Shown here piece after piece: positions 55,904 through 63,450 of a stretch of 64,000 bases of DNA. The stretch is from an uncultured Maribacter sp. (GTDB taxonomy: Bacteria; Bacteroidota; Bacteroidia; Flavobacteriales; Flavobacteriaceae), in NCBI RefSeq assembly GCF_963977385.1, contig NZ_CAXBOU010000008.1, positions 108,619 to 172,618 on the forward strand, read 5' to 3'. Position numbers and translations under genes: made by a program. How positions within the stretch are numbered: the stretch's first letter is position 1; each line of letters opens with the position of its first letter. Under the pieces are notes generated by a model, which made no database searches, was not told where the DNA came from, and saw only the letters and a list, made by a program, of their open reading frames with translations.

Positions 55904-56704
55904 TTATTTAAAAAATTCCATATAGAAAATAAAGATGGCCATAACCAGTATAAAATAGCCGAATCCTTTTTTAAGTTTTTTGCCATCAATAAAATTGCTG
56001 AGGTAACTTCCAATAAAAATTCCGATAAAAGAAAGGCCTGTGAATAGAGCTAAAAAATTCCAATCAATTTCCATAGTCATGGCATCTCCTAGAAAAAACC
56101 CCATTAAAGATTTTATGGCGATTATAATTAATGATGTACCCACGGCAACTTTCATTTCAACATTTGCCAATATAACCAATGCGGGGATGATTAAGAATCC
56201 GCCACCAGCACCAATCATGCCTGTGATACCACCAACGATTAATCCTTCTAATAAAATCAACGGATAGTTATAAGCAACATCGCCACTTTTAACTGTAATC
56301 TTCTCTTTCTTGAGCATAGAATACGCTGCAGGAAACATCAATACAGCAAACAGGCCGAACATGGCCATTCTACGTGTAAATTGAAATGCTTCAACTTGAA
56401 ATAAAATATCGGGCATTGCAGGTACTACATAATGTCTGACTACTGTTACGCCTATAATAGCAGGAATGCCAAAAACTAATGCCGTTCGCCAATCTACAAA
56501 TCCTTTAAGGTGCTGTTTCCAACCGCCTACCAATGCACTTGCGCCAACGATAAATAGAGAATATGCAGTTGCGACTTTCTCGTTTATGGAAAAAAGATAA
56601 GCTAGAACGGGTACTGCCAAAATTGAACCTCCACCACCGATAAGACCCAATGAGATACCTATAATTAAGGCGCTTATATATCCAAAAACATGTAACATTT
56701 CCAT
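55904..56704 (-). CDS. TauE/SafE family sulfite/anion exporter
   Basis: 266 aa with about 8 TM helices. Duplicated GGGGS/GAGGGF motifs (GLIGGGGSILAVP, GMIGAGGGFLIIP). Confidence 0.85.
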   Translation of the reverse strand: MEMLHVFGYISALIIGISLGLIGGGGSILAVPVLAYLFSINEKVATAYSLFIVGASALVGGWKQHLKGFVDWRTALVFGIPAIIGVTVVRHYVVPAMPDILFQVEAFQFTRRMAMFGLFAVLMFPAAYSMLKKEKITVKSGDVAYNYPLILLEGLIVGGITGMIGAGGGFLIIPALVILANVEMKVAVGTSLIIIAIKSLMGFFLGDAMTMEIDWNFLALFTGLSFIGIFIGSYLSNFIDGKKLKKGFGYFILVMAIFIFYMEFFK

Positions 56705-56750
56705 AAAGGTATTTTATACCTCAAAAGTAAAGTGGTATGAAAATGTGTGC

Positions 56751-56766
56751 AGTAACAATAGTTACA
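56751..56766 (-). promoter_or_regulatory. CRP/FNR-type box upstream of tauE-like gene
   Basis: Gene-oriented TGTAACTATTGTTACT. After 21 nt comes a perfect TACTTTTG (56722..56729, minus strand). Lies 6 nt after the regulator's stop codon. Confidence 0.7.
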
Positions 56767-56772
56767 GAAGTA

Positions 56773-57405
56773 CTATAAATCTAAAATTTTAATGTAATTA
56801 CGATGAAGTTTTATTTTACCCATCTCCTCTAATTTTTTTAATAATCTGGAAATCACTACTCTAGAGCTATGAAGGTCATAAGCAATCTCTTGGTGGGTAC
56901 TATGAATAATATCATCGTTTGTTACCCTAGCTTTTTCTTTTAAGTAGCCAATTAAACGTTCGTCCATTTTTTGAAAAGCAATACTGTCTAACGTGCTCAA
57001 CAATTCATTTAGACGAACATGGTAACTACTGAAAACAAAATTCCGCCAAGATTTATATTTAATGGTCCATTCCTCCATCTTTTGAATAGGAACCATTATT
57101 AGCTTGGCATCAGTTTCTGCAACGGCTCTTATTTCACTTTTAGTATCGCCCATACAACACGCCATAGTCATTGAACACGTATCACCTTTCTCTAAATAAT
57201 ACAATAGAAGTTCGTCGCCATCTTCATCCTCTCTAAGAATTTTAATAACGCCAGATATTAATAATGGCATTCCTCTAAGGTAATCACCAATTTCTATTAA
57301 TTTATAACCTTCGGGAACCTCTTTAAAGGTACCTACTTGAACAATTTCATTAATTAGTTCCTCTTCAAAAATATTCCCGTATTGCTCTTTTAAGTCTTGG
57401 ATCAT
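56773..57405 (-). CDS. Crp/Fnr family transcriptional regulator
   Basis: 210 aa with a cNMP-binding-like beta-roll and a C-terminal HTH (HQEIAYDLHSSRVVISRLLKKL). No FNR-type N-terminal Cys cluster, but C-x5-CC (GDTCSMTMACCMGD) lies inside the beta-roll. Confidence 0.9.
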   Translation of the reverse strand: MIQDLKEQYGNIFEEELINEIVQVGTFKEVPEGYKLIEIGDYLRGMPLLISGVIKILREDEDGDELLLYYLEKGDTCSMTMACCMGDTKSEIRAVAETDAKLIMVPIQKMEEWTIKYKSWRNFVFSSYHVRLNELLSTLDSIAFQKMDERLIGYLKEKARVTNDDIIHSTHQEIAYDLHSSRVVISRLLKKLEEMGKIKLHRNYIKILDL

Positions 57406-57412
57406 TCTTTTT

Positions 57413-57802
57413 TTAATTAACTTCTTGTGCTATTTTCTTATCAAATTTAAAAAATATATTTGCCCAAATCGATTTGGAAACTGCCGCTATCCAAGGCATG
57501 GCAAGTATTAAGCTAATGACGATTATAGCAAACAATGACGAAACCTTAAATTACAAGCCGTAAATCAATATCAAAACATTAGTGGCCAACGCAACAGCAA
57601 TACCTACGCCATAAGAAACATACATTCATCCACTATAAAAACTAGGTTTTAAACTGGAGATTAAATCGCATTTAGGGCATCGTTCTTTAATCTTGTTGAA
57701 ATTACTTAATTTATAAGGATTTGCCTTTAGGAATTCTCCTTTAAGACACTTTGGGCATTTCAAAAATATGATACAGTACAATTTGGAAGCTTTTGCTAAC
57801 AT
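57413..57802 (-). pseudogene. DUF983-like small membrane zinc-ribbon protein gene with two in-frame stops
   Basis: A single frame reads MLAKASKLYCIIFLKCPKCLKGEFLKANPYKLSNFNKIKERCPKCDLISSLKPSFYSG*MYVSYGVGIAVALATNVLILIYGL*FKVSSLFAIIVISLILAMPWIAAVSKSIWANIFFKFDKKIAQEVN. The TGA is at 57626..57628 and the TAA at 57551..57553. The CPxC...CPxC plus two-TM layout is as I recall for DUF983. Confidence 0.65.
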
Positions 57803-57849
57803 GACTTAAAAATTTGGAAACAAATTTATTATATCAACTCTTTTTAAAA

Positions 57850-57865
57850 GGTAATCATAGTTGCA
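57850..57865 (-). promoter_or_regulatory. degenerate CRP/FNR-type box upstream of the DUF983-like/crp unit (possible autoregulation)
   Basis: Gene-oriented TGCAACTATGATTACC (2 mismatches). After 21 nt comes a perfect TAAATTTG (57821..57828, minus strand). Confidence 0.4.
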
Positions 57866-57926
57866 TAACACCACCCGATTGTATCCAATTTATAAAGGAA
57901 ATTTAAAACTAATCATAAAACCATGA

Positions 57927-57942
57927 ACTGACATTGGTCATA
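57927..57942 (+). promoter_or_regulatory. CRP/FNR-type box upstream of hemN
   Basis: ACTGACATTGGTCATA. After 21 nt comes a perfect TAAGTTTG (57964..57971). The ATG is at 57990. Confidence 0.65.
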
Positions 57943-57989
57943 TTATTTACTGTTTTTGGCGTGTAAGTTTGTTATTAAATCAAAAGTTT

Positions 57990-59351
57990 ATGTGTTCGCT
58001 TGTTCAAAAATATAATGTACCTGGTCCTCGATATACTAGTTATCCAACAGTACCTTTTTGGGATATCAATACTTTCTCAGGAAAGAAATGGGAAGAATCG
58101 GTAAAGAAAAGCTTTCATGTAAGTAATTCAACTACAGGAATAAGTCTATATATACATTTACCTTTTTGCGAGAGTATGTGTACGTTCTGTGGATGCCATA
58201 AACGAATTACAAAACGACATGATTTAGAATTACCTTATATAAAATCTGTTTTAAAAGAGTGGAGATTATATAGTGCCCTTTTTGATAAAAAACCAATAAT
58301 CAAAGAATTGCATTTAGGTGGAGGTACGCCAACGTTTTTTAATCCAGAAAATTTAAAATTTTTAATTGATGGTATATTAAGAATTGCCAGCAAAGCCAAT
58401 GATGCAGAATTTAGTTTTGAAGGACACCCGAACAATACGACAAAAGAGCATTTACAAGCTTTATATGATGTTGGTTTCAGAAGAGTAAGCTATGGCGTAC
58501 AAGATTATAATGAAACGGTACAGAAGGCAATTAATAGAATTCAACCATTTGAAAACGTCAAGAATGTTACCAAGTGGGCACGAGAAATAGGGTATGATTC
58601 AGTGAGTCACGATATTATCTTTGGTCTGCCACATCAGAAGTTAGAACATGTAAAAAATACTATAGCAAAAACCAAAGAATTGAAACCAGACCGTATAGCT
58701 TTTTACAGTTATGCACACGTGCCATGGCTTGCAGGTAACGGACAACGAGGTTATAATGATGCCGATTTACCTGAAGGCGATGAGAAGAGAACGCAATATG
58801 AAGTAGGTAAAGAATTATTAGAAAACTACGGTTATCAAGAAATAGGTATGGACCACTTTGCATTAGAGACAGATAGTCTTTACAAGGCTATGGAAAGTGG
58901 AGATTTACATAGAAATTTTATGGGCTATACAAGCTCCAACACTAATTTAATGATTGGTTTAGGTGCTTCTAGCATTAGTGATAGTTGGTATGGCTTTGCT
59001 CAGAATGTTAAGAATGTTGAAGAATATCAAAATTTGATTGAAAATGATATTATACCTCTTTATAGAGGACATATTTTAACAGAGGAAGATCAAATAATAA
59101 GAAGACATATCTTAAATTTAATGTGCAGATTTCAAACTTCATGGAGCGACTTCCAATTATACATTCCGGAGATGGATAGTATACTAAAGCGGCTAGGGGA
59201 GATGGAGCAAGATGGTATAGTTGAAATTAAAGAAGGTAGTTTGCTTATAACTGAAAAAGGAAGACCCTTTGTACGAAATGTATGTATGGCTTTTGATTTG
59301 CCTTTACAAAAGAAATCGCCGGAGACAAAACTTTTTTCAATGACCGTCTAA
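57990..59351 (+). CDS. hemN: oxygen-independent coproporphyrinogen III oxidase (radical SAM)
   Basis: ORF 57969..59351. The ATG at 57990 is preferred because the TTG at 57969 lies inside the predicted -7 box. Contains YNVPGPRYTSYPT and the radical-SAM motif CESMCTFCGC. Confidence 0.9.
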   Translation: MCSLVQKYNVPGPRYTSYPTVPFWDINTFSGKKWEESVKKSFHVSNSTTGISLYIHLPFCESMCTFCGCHKRITKRHDLELPYIKSVLKEWRLYSALFDKKPIIKELHLGGGTPTFFNPENLKFLIDGILRIASKANDAEFSFEGHPNNTTKEHLQALYDVGFRRVSYGVQDYNETVQKAINRIQPFENVKNVTKWAREIGYDSVSHDIIFGLPHQKLEHVKNTIAKTKELKPDRIAFYSYAHVPWLAGNGQRGYNDADLPEGDEKRTQYEVGKELLENYGYQEIGMDHFALETDSLYKAMESGDLHRNFMGYTSSNTNLMIGLGASSISDSWYGFAQNVKNVEEYQNLIENDIIPLYRGHILTEEDQIIRRHILNLMCRFQTSWSDFQLYIPEMDSILKRLGEMEQDGIVEIKEGSLLITEKGRPFVRNVCMAFDLPLQKKSPETKLFSMTV

Positions 59352-59403
59352 TTTTTAGAAATATTGAAGTTGGTTGTTTTATTAAATTCTAAATAAAATT
59401 ATT

Positions 59404-60225
59404 ATGAAAAAAATTATAGTACTTACAGATTTTTCAGAGCAATCAGGTTTTGCTCTAAAAGCTGCTGCAGATTTAGCTAAAAAGCATAAAGTAGAACTTT
59501 TGGTAGTTCACATGTTAGAACTTAATCAAGCGATGATCTCTTCGCCTGACGGCATTTACATAGAACAGACAGTCTTTCTAGTAAAATTAGCAGAGAAGAA
59601 TTTAAAAGAATTCTTGAACAAATCATTTTTGGAAGGATTAACTGTTACTCCCGTTATTAAGCATTATAAAGTTTTTAGTGAACTTGATACTATAGCAGAA
59701 GAACATGATGTAGATTTAATTGTGATGGGTTCTAATGGCGCCAGTGGTCTTGAAGAAATTTTAATTGGTTCTAATGCTGAGAAAGTAGTCCGAAATTCAA
59801 CTACACCCGTTTTGGTTATTAAAGGGGAGGTTGAGGAATTTAGTATAGATCGATTTGTTTTCGCATGTGATTTCAATGATGATAATCTACCTGCTTTTCA
59901 GAAAGCTAAGGAATTTTCAGAATTACTCAATGCTAAAATGCAAGTTGTTTTTATTAACACACCAAATGATGAATTTTTAAGCAATAGAGATGCTTATCAG
60001 AAAATAAATAAGTTTCTAACTAAGGCCAACGCTAGTGAGCAAGTAGAAATTTATAATGATTATAGTGTAGAGCAAGGCATACTTAATTACGGTAATACTA
60101 TATTGGCAGATGCTATTGCCATGCCAACACATGGGCGTAAAGGTCTTTCACATTTGTTCAATGGAAGTATAGGCGAAGATGTTGTTAATCACGCTAGAAT
60201 TCCGGTGATTACGTTTAAAATATAG
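59404..60225 (+). CDS. universal stress protein (tandem Usp domains)
   Basis: 273 aa with two UspA-like halves (…LIVMGSNGASGLEE..IGSNAEKVVR; …MPTHGRKGLSHLFNGSIGEDVVNH). Confidence 0.85.
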   Translation: MKKIIVLTDFSEQSGFALKAAADLAKKHKVELLVVHMLELNQAMISSPDGIYIEQTVFLVKLAEKNLKEFLNKSFLEGLTVTPVIKHYKVFSELDTIAEEHDVDLIVMGSNGASGLEEILIGSNAEKVVRNSTTPVLVIKGEVEEFSIDRFVFACDFNDDNLPAFQKAKEFSELLNAKMQVVFINTPNDEFLSNRDAYQKINKFLTKANASEQVEIYNDYSVEQGILNYGNTILADAIAMPTHGRKGLSHLFNGSIGEDVVNHARIPVITFKI

Positions 60226-60251
60226 TAACTATCCATTATAACTATAAGCAA

Positions 60252-60284
60252 AGAAAAACTCAAGGTAATACCTTGGGTTTTTCT
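60252..60284. terminator. bidirectional rho-independent terminator
   Basis: agaaaaactcaagg-taata-ccttgggtttttct. Lies between convergent genes. Confidence 0.8.
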
Positions 60285-60290
60285 GCTTAT

Positions 60291-60782
60291 TTATGAATTA
60301 AGAACTTTCATCATAAAACTATATTGTTCGTGCATTTGGGGCTTGCCTTTTTGTTTACCGCTACGTCCAAAAAAGTAAAGAACGAACCATATGACTACAA
60401 TTATACCCATTAACCCTAATTGTAAGCCGTAAGATTTATCTAAGCTCGCACTAGAATAGGCCCAAATGCCTAGAATAATGAACAAAGTTGCTATAACAAA
60501 GTGCACAAACATAAAAAAGGTCCATAGGGTAGGGTTTGGTCCAAACACACCATAAACACGGCATTTAGAAAAATCTACCTCATCAATTTGTAAATGTAAT
60601 TGAGGTGACCAAAAATGGTTGTTCTTAGCGTTGAATTTAATAAAGACATGCTCATCTAAACGATTTACAAGAAAGGGATCATACCCGGCAGTCTCAAAAT
60701 TTAAAAGTAAATTTTCTTTGGATTGTACTACATCTAATTGAAACCTTGGGCGAAGTATAATTTCGTTCGGTAACGGTTTCAT
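60291..60782 (-). CDS. hypothetical membrane protein
   Basis: 163 aa with a soluble N-terminal half and two C-terminal TM helices. Last gene of the cco accessory string. Confidence 0.5.
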   Translation of the reverse strand: MKPLPNEIILRPRFQLDVVQSKENLLLNFETAGYDPFLVNRLDEHVFIKFNAKNNHFWSPQLHLQIDEVDFSKCRVYGVFGPNPTLWTFFMFVHFVIATLFIILGIWAYSSASLDKSYGLQLGLMGIIVVIWFVLYFFGRSGKQKGKPQMHEQYSFMMKVLNS

Positions 60783-60809
60783 ATAAAAATAGTTAAATGG
60801 CCGTGGCCG

Positions 60810-61514
60810 TTAGTTGTGACATTCTATAGCACTTGAGGCTAATTGTGTAACAGGCGCTGGTGATACATACGGAATACCCAAACCAAGACCTCTAAGTATA
60901 AAAAGTAGGCCGATGACAACCACAAAAACTGGAATGGCCTTTTGTACTTTTTGACGTATACCACCTTTTAATAAGCCGCTAAAATATATTGCAATAGTCA
61001 TTAAAGGCACAGTTCCTAATCCGAATAACATCATATAAAGGCTGCCTTGTAAAGCATTACCCATGGCAATGGCTCCGAAAAGTGCCATATAGACCAAGCC
61101 ACATGGTAAAAAACCGTTTAGGAAACCGATAGTTAAAAAGGTGTCGGGTGATTTTTTCTTCAATTCTTTACCGAGTTGATTCTTAACTTTTGATATGACT
61201 TTATATATAGGTTTAGAAAAATTGTATTTATTGAAGGTTTTATACGGAATCAAAACTACAAGTATCATTAAAACACCGACAGCTATGGATAGTTTCTGCT
61301 GTGCTCCAAAAATGGACAGTCCTTTTCCTAAAAAGCCAAAAACAAGTCCGATAAGACCATAAGCCATCAGTCGGCCAAAATGATAAATAAATATTTGTCC
61401 GAATTTCTTGTAATTATTAGATTGGTCTACCGGCAGCATAAAGGCAATTGGGCCGCACATGCCTACGCAGTGCATGCTACCCATGAGACCTAATATGATG
61501 GCAGATAAAATCAT
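60810..61514 (-). CDS. TauE/SafE- or DsbD_2-like membrane protein of the cbb3 accessory cluster
   Basis: 234 aa with six TM helices. N-terminal HCVGMCGP motif. Follows the fixH-like gene. Confidence 0.65.
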   Translation of the reverse strand: MILSAIILGLMGSMHCVGMCGPIAFMLPVDQSNNYKKFGQIFIYHFGRLMAYGLIGLVFGFLGKGLSIFGAQQKLSIAVGVLMILVVLIPYKTFNKYNFSKPIYKVISKVKNQLGKELKKKSPDTFLTIGFLNGFLPCGLVYMALFGAIAMGNALQGSLYMMLFGLGTVPLMTIAIYFSGLLKGGIRQKVQKAIPVFVVVIGLLFILRGLGLGIPYVSPAPVTQLASSAIECHN

Positions 61515-61520
61515 GCTTCT

Positions 61521-61967
61521 TTAAAAAGTTATACTTTCTTTATATAGAAATTCTTTTCCATGGTGTTTCCAGGCAATTTTAATGTCCCAACGACCGTCCA
61601 ACAAGCGTTTGTCAGGTACGAGCAAATGTGAATTGGATAAAACTATGGGTAAGTCAAAATCCAAGTGCTTATTGGACGGTCTGTAAAGGGACACTATGCC
61701 TGTAATATTAGTATTATCATATCCTTCAGGAAAAACAACAAGTAATCCGTCGGGTGCTTTTTCTAATTGTATTTGTTCGCTAGAATTAATGGCATTTTGC
61801 TCAGCATCTATTTCTTTTTGATAACCGAGTTCAGCCTTGTAATACTCTTCAGTAACTAAATCATGATTAGCATTATGGCTCGTAGTCATTCGTATCACGA
61901 AAAAAAGAATGAAACTAATGAAAGCAATAAAAGCAATTATTATACTTGTACCCCAGTTTATTTTCAT
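61521..61967 (-). CDS. FixH/CcoH-like protein
   Basis: 148 aa with an N-terminal TM helix and a beta-rich periplasmic domain. Directly downstream of ccoG. Confidence 0.7.
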   Translation of the reverse strand: MKINWGTSIIIAFIAFISFILFFVIRMTTSHNANHDLVTEEYYKAELGYQKEIDAEQNAINSSEQIQLEKAPDGLLVVFPEGYDNTNITGIVSLYRPSNKHLDFDLPIVLSNSHLLVPDKRLLDGRWDIKIAWKHHGKEFLYKESITF

Positions 61968-61985
61968 GATTTATTTACTTAAATA

Positions 61986-63404
61986 CTATTTATAACTACG
62001 TGGTGCCAAAAAGCGGGCCGTGGTGGTCTCTATCAGTTTGTCATTACTATAAACACCAATTTTTAAGTTGTTCTTATCTCCACTTAAAGCTGAAGCATTT
62101 ATTTCTATAAATAAAGTTCCTTCTGCCAAAGCTTCTGGCTGTACATCAAAATTCTCGTTCCGTACTAGTTTAATTTCACCTTTAGGTGATATCAATTCGA
62201 AATGAACATTATCTACCGATTTGGTGGTTTTATTCAATAGTTTGTATGTAAATACATTACTAATGATATTGCCATCTTTGTGTTCGTAAAGTTGACCTGG
62301 TAACCTCAAAATATTCGCTTCAAGGTCATTTCTCAAGAACATCATACCAACAAGAACACCAGTTAAAATAACCAATACAGCAGTATATCCTTTTAAACGC
62401 GGCGTAAACTTAAATTTTTTCTTCTCTGTAATTTCATCCTCACTGGCATAGCGAATCAACCCTTTTGGTAGATCTACTTTTTCCATAATAGAATCACACT
62501 CATCTATACAGGCAGTACAGTTGACACATTCTAATTGAGTTCCGTTTCTAATATCGATACCTGTAGGGCAAACATTCACACATTGAAAACAGTCGATACA
62601 ATCTCCATTACCCAAAGCCTCTCTATCCTCGTTCTTACGCCATTTTTTTCTTCCGTTTTCAGCTTCACCTCTTTTGTGGTCATAAGCAACAACGATAGAT
62701 TTGTTATCTAGAAGCACCCCTTGCATTCGGCCATAAGGACAGGCAATAATACAGACTTGCTCTCTAAACCAAGCAAAAACAAAATAAAAGACGGCTGTGA
62801 ATATTAATAAAGACACCATCGTACTCATATGTTGAGACGGGCCATCTGTAACATATTGTATTAAGCGGTCACTACCAATTAAATAGGCGAGGAAGACATT
62901 TGCAATAATAAACGATATAATAAAAAAGATAATCCACTTTAGTACACGTTTACGAATCTTTTCAGAATTCCATTCCTGTCTGTCTAGTCGTATTTGGGCC
63001 CCACGATCACCATCTATCCAATATTCAATTCTACGGAATACCATTTCCATGAAAATGGTTTGTGGACACATCCATCCGCAGAAAATACGGCCAAATGCCA
63101 CAGTGAAAAGGGCAATAAAAACCACACCAATAATCATCGAAATAACAAAGAGATGAAAATCTTGTGGATAAAACGGGAATCCAAAAATGTTGAAACGTCT
63201 TTCTAAGACATTGAACATTAAAAACTGGTTGCCGTTAATCTTAATAAAAGGGGAGGCAATCAAGAAAGTTAAAAGAATATAGCTGACATATTTACGATAC
63301 TTGTAAAGTTTGCCACTGGGTTTTTTAGGGAAAACCCATGCACGTTGTCCATCTTCTTTAATGGTGCCAATAGTATCCCTAAAATTATCTTGATCTTGTG
63401 CCAT
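61986..63404 (-). CDS. ccoG: cytochrome c oxidase accessory protein CcoG (4Fe-4S ferredoxin-type membrane protein)
   Basis: 472 aa. Has CGWMCPQ, two ferredoxin clusters (CIDCFQCVNVCP, CVNCTACIDEC) and a C-terminal Ig-like domain. Confidence 0.9.
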   Translation of the reverse strand: MAQDQDNFRDTIGTIKEDGQRAWVFPKKPSGKLYKYRKYVSYILLTFLIASPFIKINGNQFLMFNVLERRFNIFGFPFYPQDFHLFVISMIIGVVFIALFTVAFGRIFCGWMCPQTIFMEMVFRRIEYWIDGDRGAQIRLDRQEWNSEKIRKRVLKWIIFFIISFIIANVFLAYLIGSDRLIQYVTDGPSQHMSTMVSLLIFTAVFYFVFAWFREQVCIIACPYGRMQGVLLDNKSIVVAYDHKRGEAENGRKKWRKNEDREALGNGDCIDCFQCVNVCPTGIDIRNGTQLECVNCTACIDECDSIMEKVDLPKGLIRYASEDEITEKKKFKFTPRLKGYTAVLVILTGVLVGMMFLRNDLEANILRLPGQLYEHKDGNIISNVFTYKLLNKTTKSVDNVHFELISPKGEIKLVRNENFDVQPEALAEGTLFIEINASALSGDKNNLKIGVYSNDKLIETTTARFLAPRSYK

Positions 63405-63450
63405 TTTATTTTTCTTTGTTGGCTTGCGAAGCGTTAAGAGTTCGCTTAAT

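Noticed and set aside
28000-57400. Calling the sulfur and low-oxygen region a horizontally acquired genomic island or mobile element.
   Set aside because: I could see no integrase, transposase, tRNA target, flanking direct repeats or obvious compositional break. The only repeats are short REP-like elements.
47743-57802. The idea that the three in-frame stops (TAA in SQR, TGA and TAA in the DUF983-like gene) reflect stop-codon reassignment or selenocysteine.
   Set aside because: TAA and TGA terminate most other genes in the window at expected positions. Two of the three stops are TAA, which is not a Sec codon. I saw no SECIS-like context. Nonsense mutation or sequence error is the simpler explanation.
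57969-57989. TTG start for hemN given by the ORF track.
   Set aside because: The TTG lies inside the predicted -7 promoter box (57964..57971). The ATG at 57990 gives a normal HemN N-terminus.
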